Source: Candidatus Saccharimonadota bacterium
GTDB lineage: Bacteria > Patescibacteriota > Patescibacteriia > 2-12-FULL-60-25
Direction of reading: 5' to 3'
Length of the DNA stretch: 32,000 bases
NCBI GenBank assembly: GCA_023898425.1
Contig: CP060222.1
Location: forward strand, 510,001 to 542,000
A model generated the notes under the pieces. The model did not search any database, was not told the DNA's origin, and saw nothing but the letters and a program-made list of their open reading frames with translations. A program made the translations under genes and the position numbers. Below, piece after piece: positions 1-7,924 of this stretch (positions within the stretch are counted from its first letter, which is position 1; the number at the start of each line of letters is the position of its first letter).

Positions 1-1
1 C

Positions 2-424
2 ATCTCATCGGTAAATGCAACGTTTCTTTATCATGAAACAGATTTCGTCCAAGGATTTTTCTTGTCACGTGTTGCTGTACTTATCTGTGTAGCACTCGCC
101 CTTGTACTTATTACGGATGTAAGAACTGAACTTTTCCAGAAAAAAGCAAAAGAGAAGAAACCATTTAAGCTCTTTTTCGTGGGGCAAGCAATTGGAGCGG
201 TAGGATTTTTTGGCGTGCAGTATGCACTTTCGTTGCCAGACGGATCAGCATCGGTTGTAAACGCCCTTCAGGCCGTTCAGTTTGGTGCATTAGCGATTAT
301 AACAGGGCTATTCGGCAAGTGGCTTCCACATGCTCTCAAAGAACACTGGTCGGGTATGGTTGCCTTCCTTAAGATTTTAGCATTGGTTTTTGCGGCACTT
401 GGCTTGTCACTGATCACAAAGTAA
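2..424 (+). CDS. integral membrane protein, 3' part (5' end lies outside the window); possibly EamA/DMT-like
   Basis: The reading frame is open from base 2, with no stop upstream of the TTG at 62 that the ORF track uses as a start. It ends at TAA 422-424. The translation is hydrophobic, with several TM-like segments. Confidence 0.5.
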   Translation: MSSVNATFLYHETDFVQGFFLSRVAVLICVALALVLITDVRTELFQKKAKEKKPFKLFFVGQAIGAVGFFGVQYALSLPDGSASVVNALQAVQFGALAIITGLFGKWLPHALKEHWSGMVAFLKILALVFAALGLSLITK

Positions 425-439
425 TACAGTATTGTATTT

Positions 440-1462
440 ATGAAACGTTTTTCTCTTTGGCGGTATCGTTTTCTCTGCGTCTTTATTTTCACGCTGGGAC
501 TTCTGCTCGCATTTCTTTTTATTGGCTGGCCAAAGACAACAAAGCACATCACTTATGGCATCACTTGGAGCATCCCGTATGCGCAGTTTTTAGGCGTTGA
601 CTCACAGGATGGACTATCTGCCGTTTTAACGGAAATGAACATAAAACATGTACGCCTTCCTGCTTACTGGCCTCTCGTAGAACCGTCACCAGATCTTTTA
701 CAGACTGCTTGGCTAAAAGCACAGCTAGACATTGTAGAAAAAAACGGAGCAAAAGCGACGGTTGTATTAGGCGCTCGTCAACCGCGCTGGCCAGAATGCT
801 GGATCCCTGACTGGGCGCTGGCACGAACAGAGCAAGAACAGAAAGACGCCCAGCTGGTTTATATTGATCATGTTTTTGAGACGCTTAAAGACCATCCGGC
901 TATCAGCGCCTGGCAAATAGAAAACGAAGCTAACCTACGCTCATTTATGAAATGTCGAGGTAACGATAATGCATTTGTAAAACAAGAGATCGACCGTATA
1001 CGAGCCATGGAGCAATCAAGACCAAACCCAAGACCTATTGTCACAACCGAGAGCGGAGAGCTAACAAGCTGGCTTACTTTTGCAATGAACGCCGATCAAA
1101 TTGGTTTTAGTGTTTATCGTGTGGTACGTCAGCCTTCTGGTTGGGTATTTCGCTACACTCTCGTACCTCCATGGTTCTATGGACGCAAAGCCGCATTACT
1201 ATCGCCATTTATCAAAAAAACTTACGTAAGTGAGTTTCAGATGGAGCCTTGGGCGACAACGGATATTCGAGAGGCCACCCCACAAGAGAATAATGAGACC
1301 TTTTCCGTAAAAGATGTTGATGCGCACTTTGATTATGCGGAAAAAATGGGCTACCAGCAGATTGATCTCTGGGGAGCTGAATGGTGGTATTGGATGAAGA
1401 CGCAAAAGGGGAATGCTGACTATTGGAATGCGATAAAAGAACGCGTAAATCTAGCGCAATAA
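440..1462 (+). CDS. membrane-anchored glycoside hydrolase-like protein (clan GH-A TIM barrel, GH5/cellulase-like)
   Basis: 340-aa ORF with an N-terminal TM anchor (FLCVFIFTLGLLLAFLFIGW). It carries the WQIENEAN motif typical of the acid/base Asn-Glu of clan-A glycosidases, and a downstream EFQMEPW candidate nucleophile Glu. Confidence 0.55.
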   Translation: MKRFSLWRYRFLCVFIFTLGLLLAFLFIGWPKTTKHITYGITWSIPYAQFLGVDSQDGLSAVLTEMNIKHVRLPAYWPLVEPSPDLLQTAWLKAQLDIVEKNGAKATVVLGARQPRWPECWIPDWALARTEQEQKDAQLVYIDHVFETLKDHPAISAWQIENEANLRSFMKCRGNDNAFVKQEIDRIRAMEQSRPNPRPIVTTESGELTSWLTFAMNADQIGFSVYRVVRQPSGWVFRYTLVPPWFYGRKAALLSPFIKKTYVSEFQMEPWATTDIREATPQENNETFSVKDVDAHFDYAEKMGYQQIDLWGAEWWYWMKTQKGNADYWNAIKERVNLAQ

Positions 1463-1478
1463 TCTAAAATTCTTTGAG

Positions 1479-1507
1479 TTGACAATTATCGCGTATTTCT
1501 TTATAAT
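1479..1507 (+). promoter_or_regulatory. consensus sigma70-type promoter for typA
   Basis: TTGACA (1479-1484), an exact 17-nt spacer, then TATAAT (1502-1507). The ATG at 1521 is 13 nt downstream, so the leader is only about 6 nt and has no Shine-Dalgarno sequence. Confidence 0.7.
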
Positions 1508-1520
1508 CCGCGCATTCTCT

Positions 1521-3329
1521 ATGTTAGACATCCGAAATATTGCGATTATCGCCCACGTTGACCACGGTAAAACAACCCTCGCCGACGCCCTCATGAAACA
1601 GTCAGATACTTTTAAAGACGCAGGTCTTGAAGGTGAGGCTATTCTTGATTCTAATGAACTCGAACGTGAGCGTGGTATTACCATTCTCGCAAAGAACATT
1701 GCCGTTATGTACAACGGCACAAAGATTAATATTGTTGACACTCCAGGTCACGCGGACTTTGGTGGTGAAGTAGAACGTATCATGAGCCTTGTAGACGGCG
1801 CTCTTTTGCTTGTTGATGCAAAAGAAGGTCCAATGCCTCAAACGCGCTTTGTATTAAAGAAGGCGATCGAAGCAGGTCATCGCATTATCGTTGTTATTAA
1901 CAAGATTGATAAACCAGAAGCTCGTCTTGATTGGGTACTTGATCAAACATTTGATCTTTTCGTTACCCTTGGCGCTTCTGACGCGCAAGCTGACTTCCCA
2001 GTTGTTTACGCATCCGCAAAAAACGGTAAAGCCGGTCTAGGCATGGTTCTTGATGAAATGACTGATATCAAACCTATTTTTGAAACGGTTGTAAAAGAAA
2101 TCCCTGCACCAGACGCAGACGAAAATGGCCCACTTCAAGTGTCCGTAGCGAATGTAAGCTACGACAACTATAAAGGTAAGATGGGTATTGGTCGTATTGT
2201 TCGTGGCGTTTTTCGTCCTGGTCCTGTTACTTGGATCAATCGCGCGGGTGTAAAAGCTCCTGCAAAAATCACCAACCTTTTTAGCTTTATGGGTCTTGGT
2301 AAAGTTGAAATCCAAGAAGCAAAGGCGGGGGACATTGTGTCATTTGCAGGTATTCCTGAACTTAATATCGGTGAGACTGTTGCCGATGTTGCGAACCCAG
2401 AAGCACTACCTGTTATTAAGATCGAAGAACCAACCGTCAAAATGACCTTTGGTGTAAATACTTCACCATTTGCTGGTCAAGAAGGTAAATTTACCACCTC
2501 ACGTAATATCAAAGATCGCTTAACTCGCGAGCTACAAAACGACGTTGCTTTAAGCGTTGATCCTGGTAACGGTGATGCGAGCTTTATTGTCTCCGGTCGT
2601 GGTGAGCTTCATCTCTCTATTTTGATCGAAAAAATGCGTCGCGAAGGCTTTGAGCTCCAGGTATCCCGTCCTCAAGTTATTTTTAAAGAAGAAGGCGGTC
2701 AAAAGCTCGAACCATTTGAAGAAGTTTCTATCGAGTGTCCAGAGGTTTACAGCGGTGCAGCCATCGAAAAGATGGGTCGTCGCAAAGGTGAAATGAAAGA
2801 CATGCGTGTTGAAAATGGTATTGCTTATCTCCAATTTGAAATCCCAACTCGTGGTCTTATTGGTTACCGTACCGAATTTATGATGGACACACGTGGACAA
2901 GGTATTATTAATACACTTTTCCTTGGCTACAAACCGTTTGTTGGTAGCATTGATGCTGCACCTCATGGCTCACTTATCTCTCATGAGACAGGCGAAACAA
3001 CGGCTTACGGACTTATCGCCGCTCAAGAGCGCGGTATCATGTTTGTAAAACCTGCCACAAAAGTCTACGAAGGTATGGTGGTTGGCCAAAATGCCAAAGC
3101 AGAAGACATTGCTGTAAACGTCTGTCGTCAAAAAGCCCTTACCAATATGCGTTCTGCAGGTTCTGGTGTTGCCGATGGTCTCAATGCTCCACGTGACATG
3201 AGTCTCGAAGAAGCACTTGAATACCTTGGTGAAGACGAACTCCTCGAAGTCACCCCAGAAAATCTTCGCATTCGTAAAACCTACTTAAAAGAATTTGAAC
3301 GCAAACGCGATCAACAATCTCGCGGTTAA
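1521..3329 (+). CDS. typA: translational GTPase TypA/BipA
   Basis: G1 motif AHVDHGKTTL, G3 motif DTPGHADFGGEV and G4 motif NKID are present, and the EF-G-like domain order matches BipA along the full length. I placed the start at Met15 of the track ORF because the upstream TTG is the -35 hexamer. Confidence 0.95.
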   Translation: MLDIRNIAIIAHVDHGKTTLADALMKQSDTFKDAGLEGEAILDSNELERERGITILAKNIAVMYNGTKINIVDTPGHADFGGEVERIMSLVDGALLLVDAKEGPMPQTRFVLKKAIEAGHRIIVVINKIDKPEARLDWVLDQTFDLFVTLGASDAQADFPVVYASAKNGKAGLGMVLDEMTDIKPIFETVVKEIPAPDADENGPLQVSVANVSYDNYKGKMGIGRIVRGVFRPGPVTWINRAGVKAPAKITNLFSFMGLGKVEIQEAKAGDIVSFAGIPELNIGETVADVANPEALPVIKIEEPTVKMTFGVNTSPFAGQEGKFTTSRNIKDRLTRELQNDVALSVDPGNGDASFIVSGRGELHLSILIEKMRREGFELQVSRPQVIFKEEGGQKLEPFEEVSIECPEVYSGAAIEKMGRRKGEMKDMRVENGIAYLQFEIPTRGLIGYRTEFMMDTRGQGIINTLFLGYKPFVGSIDAAPHGSLISHETGETTAYGLIAAQERGIMFVKPATKVYEGMVVGQNAKAEDIAVNVCRQKALTNMRSAGSGVADGLNAPRDMSLEEALEYLGEDELLEVTPENLRIRKTYLKEFERKRDQQSRG

Positions 3330-3337
3330 TCACCCAT

Positions 3338-3368
3338 AAAAAACCCTGTCTTTTGACAGGGTTTTTTA
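3338..3368 (+). terminator. intrinsic terminator after typA
   Basis: Stem aaaaccctgtc / gacagggtttt with a tttt loop, followed by a T run, 9 nt after the typA stop. Confidence 0.8.
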
Positions 3369-3537
3369 AATAGAAAATGATCAAAACTCTGGTATTATAA
3401 TCGAAAACTTGCGCGTTTTTTTACCATGTTCATGGTGTTGAAAGTTTTTCCACAGGCACACACTTTTTGCTTAAAAACTCAATAAATCGAAGGGTGCACA
3501 GCCTACCTCGCTATGTTATTCTTTTGAACGTTTCATT

Positions 3538-4125
3538 ATGTCTACAAGAAATGAAGTTGTTTTAGATATCGAGACTCGTAATACGTTTCAAGACGTAGGT
3601 GCTTATAATCCTTCCTTATTAAAAATATCCCTTATTGGGTGTTATTTTTACGAAACGGACACCTATGAGTCTTTCTTAGAGGAGGACTTACCAAAGCTTT
3701 GGCCAAGACTCGAACGCGCTGACCGCATTATTGGCTATAATCTCATAGGATTCGATTACCCCTGTATGCAGCAATATTACTCGGGAGACATCATGAAGCT
3801 ACCCACGGTTGATGTCTTGGTAGAAATCGAAAAGTCCTTAGGCTTTAGAGTAAAGCTCGATGATGTTGCACAAGCAACACTCGGAGTAGGGAAGTCAGGC
3901 CACGGTCTCATGGCCGTTGAATACTGGAAAAAAGGAGAGATAGACAAGCTCCGAGACTATTGTCTTCAAGATGTAAAAGTAACCAAGGATGTTTACGAAC
4001 ATGCCATGGAAAAAGGTTTTATCGCGGTAAATAACCGACAGGGACAAAGAATGGAAGTAAAACTCACCATCAAACCCGTTGAAGCTGTGCCAAGACAAAC
4101 CATCAATCTATCCCTTGGTCTCTAA
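3538..4125 (+). CDS. DEDD-family 3'-5' exonuclease (RNase H-like fold, YprB/PolB-exo-like)
   Basis: Exo I motif LDIET, Exo II motif YNLIGFDYPCM and Exo III motif YCLQD all occur in the right order and spacing. Confidence 0.6.
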   Translation: MSTRNEVVLDIETRNTFQDVGAYNPSLLKISLIGCYFYETDTYESFLEEDLPKLWPRLERADRIIGYNLIGFDYPCMQQYYSGDIMKLPTVDVLVEIEKSLGFRVKLDDVAQATLGVGKSGHGLMAVEYWKKGEIDKLRDYCLQDVKVTKDVYEHAMEKGFIAVNNRQGQRMEVKLTIKPVEAVPRQTINLSLGL

Positions 4126-4153
4126 GCCCCTACAAATGTTGTTCGAACTTCGA

Positions 4154-4162
4154 TTATCCACA
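4154..4162 (+). promoter_or_regulatory. perfect DnaA box (TTATCCACA) upstream of the nrd promoter
   Basis: Exact 9-mer consensus, flanked by the short inverted repeat cgat/atcg, and 17 bp upstream of NrdR box 1. Confidence 0.5.
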
Positions 4163-4178
4163 TCGTAAGATCGTTCGA

Positions 4179-4226
4179 CCACTAGATCTTGTGGTATAAT
4201 TCTGATTAAGCCACTAGATCTAGTGG
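4179..4226 (+). promoter_or_regulatory. tandem NrdR boxes overlapping an extended -10 promoter of the RNR operon
   Basis: Box 1 is CCACTAGATCTTGTGG (4179-4194). Box 2 is CCACTAGATCTAGTGG (4211-4226), a perfect 16-bp palindrome. The box starts are 32 bp apart, about 3 helical turns. TGgTATAAT (4192-4200) abuts box 1. Both boxes fit the NrdR consensus acaCwAtATaTwGtgt in the outer CAC/GTG arms. Confidence 0.75.
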
Positions 4227-4341
4227 TTGGGCGACCTTCACTCACACGCTAACTTCTGTGAATTCCGTCATTCTTGAGGCTTTTGCCTCATAAAGACGTC
4301 CTCACGGAGGGTGAAAAGGGCACCCGAACTTGATCATGCGA

Positions 4342-4371
4342 TTTTGCGCTTCGACGCAAAAGTCTTTTTTT
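4342..4371 (+). terminator. terminator-like hairpin plus T7 run in the RNR leader (candidate attenuator)
   Basis: Stem ttttgcg (4342-4348) pairs with cgcaaaa (4355-4361) around the loop cttcga. A T7 run at 4365-4371 follows, 12 nt before the ATG at 4384. Confidence 0.4.
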
Positions 4372-4383
4372 GCAACCCTTTTT

Positions 4384-4860
4384 ATGACACTTCCTCACAA
4401 TTCCACAGGCGAGGCTTTTGTTCCACGCCGTCGTCGTTTACAAGATGAGCGCAAAGCCATCACCCATAAGTTTCAAGTTGGCTCATGCGAAGGGTATGTT
4501 ACGGTTGGTCTTTACGAAGACGGTCAGCCTGGAGAAATCTTTATCAGACTCGCAAAAGAACGCGGCGCTATTGCCGGCATGGTTGACTCACTCGCTACCG
4601 CCATCTCTATCGGATTACAGTATGGCGTGCCCCTAAAAGTTCTGGTAAATAAATTTGCTCACGCAAAATACGAACCCTCTGGTCCTACACAAAATCCAAA
4701 TATTCCACATGCAGAGTCCATTGTTGATTATATCTTTCGTTGGCTTGCTCTGCGCTTTCTCACTCCAGAAGAACGCCAAACCATCGGCGTTGTAGGCGAA
4801 CGCAATCATCATCAGGTACCCGTTAATAATTCCAACCAGACCTTTCTGCAGGTAGAGTAA
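4384..4860 (+). CDS. stand-alone TSCPD-domain protein (resembles the C-terminal domain of class II RNR NrdJ)
   Basis: The stretch RRRRLQDERKAITHKFQVGSCEGYVTVGLYEDGQPGEIFIRLAKERGAIAGMVDSLATAISIGLQYGVPLKVLVNKF matches the pattern RPxxLxGxTxKxxTGxGxLYVT...G.....l..l.G of NrdJ C-termini. I chose the ATG at 4384 because 4336-4383 carries the hairpin plus T7 run. Starts at ATG 4336 or TTG 4330 remain possible. Confidence 0.7.
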   Translation: MTLPHNSTGEAFVPRRRRLQDERKAITHKFQVGSCEGYVTVGLYEDGQPGEIFIRLAKERGAIAGMVDSLATAISIGLQYGVPLKVLVNKFAHAKYEPSGPTQNPNIPHAESIVDYIFRWLALRFLTPEERQTIGVVGERNHHQVPVNNSNQTFLQVE

Positions 4861-4915
4861 CTTAATTCTACGATACCGTCCTTTGCCTATGAGCCCACTC
4901 TTTGGAGCTTGTCCG

Positions 4916-5851
4916 ATGCTCACGTATCGGCCTTTCTACCGCCCATTCGAATACCCCCAATACTTCGAGTTCTTTCAAAAACAAAATCAAGCCCACTGGC
5001 TACCTATTGAGGTGCCTATGGAGTCTGATATTTCAGATTTTCGTTTTAAAATGACAGACGAAGAACGCAATCTCGTTATCCAGATTTTACGTTTCTTTAC
5101 CCAAGGTGATCTTGAAGTAAACAATAACTACAACTCACATTTGATCCCAGCTTTTCCGAAGCCTGAAATCAAGATGATGCTCTCTGCCTTTGCCGCAATG
5201 GAAGGTGTGCACGTGTGGGCCTACTCGTATCTCAATGATTCGCTAGGATTACCAGAAAAAGAATACTCTGCATTTTTAGAATATGATTCTATGCGGGCAA
5301 AGTATGAATATATCCAAGGCTTTGACGTGGACAGTGTAGAAGATCTTGCTATGAATCTTGCTGTTTTTGGTGCCTTTATGGAGGGGGTCAGCCTTTTTTC
5401 TTCCTTTGCTATCCTCATGAACTTTCCTCGCTTGGGCAAAATGAAGGGCGTTGGACAAATCATTACCTGGAGCATTCGTGATGAAACGCTTCATAGCCAG
5501 GGCGTATGCCAACTCTTTCGTGATTTAGTCAACGAAAACAAACATATCTGGACGCAAGACTTTCGTGACAAACTCTATAAAGCCTGTGATGACATGGTAA
5601 AACTCGAAGATAACTTTATCGATACCTGCTTCTCACTTGGCTCGGTTCCAGGTCTTAAGCCTGAAGATGTAAAACAATATATCCGTTACACTGCCGACAA
5701 AAAACTTCATGACCTCGGTCTCGACAAGGTCTATCATGTCGAGAATCCGCTTCAATGGCTTGATGTGATGGTAAACGCCAAAGAACACGCAAACTTCTTC
5801 GAAAATCGTGCTACTGAATACGCCAAAGGCGCTGTGGTAGCTGACTGGTAA
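4916..5851 (+). CDS. nrdB: class I ribonucleotide reductase small subunit (R2)
   Basis: Metal ligands are recognisable: D in FFTQGDLEV, ExxH in AAMEGVH, E in FMEGVSLF and ExxH in RDETLHS. A Tyr sits at +7 from the first Glu (EGVHVWAY), the radical position. GGAG at 4904-4907 lies 8 nt before the ATG at 4916. Confidence 0.93.
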   Translation: MLTYRPFYRPFEYPQYFEFFQKQNQAHWLPIEVPMESDISDFRFKMTDEERNLVIQILRFFTQGDLEVNNNYNSHLIPAFPKPEIKMMLSAFAAMEGVHVWAYSYLNDSLGLPEKEYSAFLEYDSMRAKYEYIQGFDVDSVEDLAMNLAVFGAFMEGVSLFSSFAILMNFPRLGKMKGVGQIITWSIRDETLHSQGVCQLFRDLVNENKHIWTQDFRDKLYKACDDMVKLEDNFIDTCFSLGSVPGLKPEDVKQYIRYTADKKLHDLGLDKVYHVENPLQWLDVMVNAKEHANFFENRATEYAKGAVVADW

Positions 5852-5907
5852 ACAGACATAATAACTCGTACTTTCTCGCTCATTCTTTTCACCCTTACTT
5901 ATCCCTT

Positions 5908-7815
5908 ATGGCCACATACGCTTCTGTCATCGACGCTGTTTCTGCAAACGACCTTAATGCCGCTCGTGATATTTTACTTAGCGAAGTAAAAGAGACAACA
6001 AAAAATCGTAATAGCTGGGACTGCCCTCATTATAATACCGATCGCTCTATCCAAGAGGGTATTCAGGTTACTCATGAATTTGAGACGCTCGCAACATACT
6101 TTGGTCTCGAAAATCTTCGTGATCGTTATTTTTTGCGCGGTGCCGACGGTGAGATCTGTGAAGATATCCAAAAATTCTATACACGCGTTGCAACAGGCAT
6201 GTGTCGTGGTGATCGTGAGCTTGCTCAACGCCTCTATAATTACATGACTCGCTGCTGGTTTGTGCCGGCAACTCCCGTCATGATGAATATCGGCACAAGC
6301 AAAGGCCTCCCGATTTCTTGTTTCTTAAACACTGTTCCAGATACGCTCGAAGGAATCTTTGATATTTATCGCGAAAACGCCTTCTTATCAAAATACGGTG
6401 GAGGTATCGGTACTGACTGGTCACAGCTCCGTGGTCAGAACTCCCCGTTAAAGTCCTCAGGATTGCGCTCATCGGGCGTTATCCCATTTATGAAGATCAT
6501 GGACTCCGAAACGATTGCTATCAGCCGTAACGGGATTCGTCGTGGCGCAGCTGCTGCTTACCTCAGCATTGACCATCCAGATATCGAAGATTTCTTGGAG
6601 ATGCGCAAACCAACCGGTGGTGATATTGACCGTAAGTGCTTAAATTTGAATCATGGCATCACCGTCACGGATGAGTTCATGAAAGCCGTAGAGGAGGGGA
6701 GAGACTATGATTTGATTGATCCTCACTACAAAACGGTCGTCAAACAACTCAATGCACAAGAAATCTGGCGCAAAATCCTCACGATGCGCGCAGAAACAGG
6801 TGAGCCGTATATTATCTTTATCGATACGGTAAACAATGCTCGTCCGCAACATCACAAAGATCTTGGTCTTATGGTGCGTCAAAGTAATCTCTGTACCGAA
6901 ATCGTGCTTCCTACAGACGAGACACGTACCGCGGTTTGCTGCCTTGGTAATCTCAATATCGAAAAATGGGATGAATGGAACGAAGACATCGAGCAAATCA
7001 CTTACGACATCGTGACCGCGCTCGACAACAACCTCGAAGCCTTTATCGAGATGGCAGATCCTGTCGAATTTAAGAAAGCGATCAACTCAGTTAAGCACGA
7101 ACGCTCTATCGGCCTTGGCGCTATGGGCTACCATGGCTACCTCATGTCTAAGATGGTGCCATTTGAAAGCATGATGGCTCGTAATATTAACAAAGAAATC
7201 TTTACGAAGTTTGCTCAATACGCACGTGCTGCATCAGAGAGACTCGGCAAAGAGCGCGGACTCCCGCTTGATGGCGGCACACGTCGCAATAGCTATGTCA
7301 CCTCTATTCAACCAACAGCTTCAACGAGTTTTATCTGTAACGAAGCAACGCCCTCAATTGAGCCAATCTCAGGTAACGCCTTCTTACAAAAAACGCTCTC
7401 TGGTAGCTTCTTGTACAAAAACAAACATCTCGTACGCTTCTTAGAAGAGAAGGGGATGAATACCACCGAGATCTGGAAGCAAATCATCGCTGATAAAGGA
7501 AGCGTCGCCAATGTCGAAGGCCTCAATGACGAAGAACGCGCTGTCTTCCGCACCGCGTATGAGATGAATATGCGCGAAATCATCCAACAAGCCGCAGATC
7601 GTCAGCCGGCTATTGATCAAGCGCAGTCATTAAACGTCTTCTTTCCTACTCCTATTTCCGGTAAGTACTTGAACGACGTTCACATGCTCGCCTGGAAACT
7701 CGGCGTAAAATCGATGTACTACCTCCGCTCAGCCTCACCGATCCAAGCAGAACGCATTGACGGAAATTCTGTCAAAAGAGACGTCGCTAGTGAAGAATGT
7801 GCCGTTTGTCAGTAA
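5908..7815 (+). CDS. nrdA: class I ribonucleotide reductase large subunit (R1), without an ATP-cone
   Basis: Active-site motif SNLCTEI, the ISCFL cysteine, AVCCLGNLN, and a C-terminal CxxC pair (ECAVCQ). At 635 aa there is no N-terminal ATP-cone. Confidence 0.95.
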   Translation: MATYASVIDAVSANDLNAARDILLSEVKETTKNRNSWDCPHYNTDRSIQEGIQVTHEFETLATYFGLENLRDRYFLRGADGEICEDIQKFYTRVATGMCRGDRELAQRLYNYMTRCWFVPATPVMMNIGTSKGLPISCFLNTVPDTLEGIFDIYRENAFLSKYGGGIGTDWSQLRGQNSPLKSSGLRSSGVIPFMKIMDSETIAISRNGIRRGAAAAYLSIDHPDIEDFLEMRKPTGGDIDRKCLNLNHGITVTDEFMKAVEEGRDYDLIDPHYKTVVKQLNAQEIWRKILTMRAETGEPYIIFIDTVNNARPQHHKDLGLMVRQSNLCTEIVLPTDETRTAVCCLGNLNIEKWDEWNEDIEQITYDIVTALDNNLEAFIEMADPVEFKKAINSVKHERSIGLGAMGYHGYLMSKMVPFESMMARNINKEIFTKFAQYARAASERLGKERGLPLDGGTRRNSYVTSIQPTASTSFICNEATPSIEPISGNAFLQKTLSGSFLYKNKHLVRFLEEKGMNTTEIWKQIIADKGSVANVEGLNDEERAVFRTAYEMNMREIIQQAADRQPAIDQAQSLNVFFPTPISGKYLNDVHMLAWKLGVKSMYYLRSASPIQAERIDGNSVKRDVASEECAVCQ

Positions 7816-7820
7816 AATGA

Positions 7821-7856
7821 ATAAAACACCCGCAAAAGCGGGTGTATTATTTAATG
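7821..7856. terminator. hairpin terminator after nrdA (possibly bidirectional)
   Basis: Stem acacccgc (7826-7833) pairs with gcgggtgt (7838-7845) around the loop aaaa. There is an A-rich stretch 5' of it and a T-rich stretch 3' of it. Confidence 0.7.
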
Positions 7857-7889
7857 AAAGCATTAACCCAGAGTATGACAATCAAACAC

Positions 7890-7918
7890 TTGACATAATT
7901 AACAAGATCTGCTATTGT
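7890..7918 (+). promoter_or_regulatory. strong sigma70-type promoter with no ORF behind it
   Basis: TTGACA (7890-7895), a 17-nt spacer, then TGcTATTGT, an extended -10 with its hexamer at 7913-7918. Confidence 0.6.
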
Positions 7919-7924
7919 ACCGCC

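Noticed and set aside
1479-1520. The ORF-track start of typA at 1479 (TTG), which adds 14 N-terminal residues.
   Set aside because: The TTG belongs to the TTGACA -35 hexamer of a perfect promoter. The conserved TypA N-terminus begins at the ATG at 1521.
3380-3537. The 170-bp spacer upstream of the exonuclease gene. It has TGgTATTATAAT, a 14-bp palindrome accatgttcatggt (3423-3436) and a relaxed DnaA-like box ttttccaca (3446-3454).
   Set aside because: Each element on its own is weak: there is no -35, the palindrome is short, and the box has one mismatch. I have no supporting context, so I noted them without calling them as features.
4201-4330. A cobalamin riboswitch in the RNR leader, suggested by GGUGAAAAGGG and a GCCACU-like string.
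   Set aside because: The GCCACTAG string is part of NrdR box 2. No B12 box and no complete conserved cobalamin core could be found. The idea is retained only as an unclassified structured leader.
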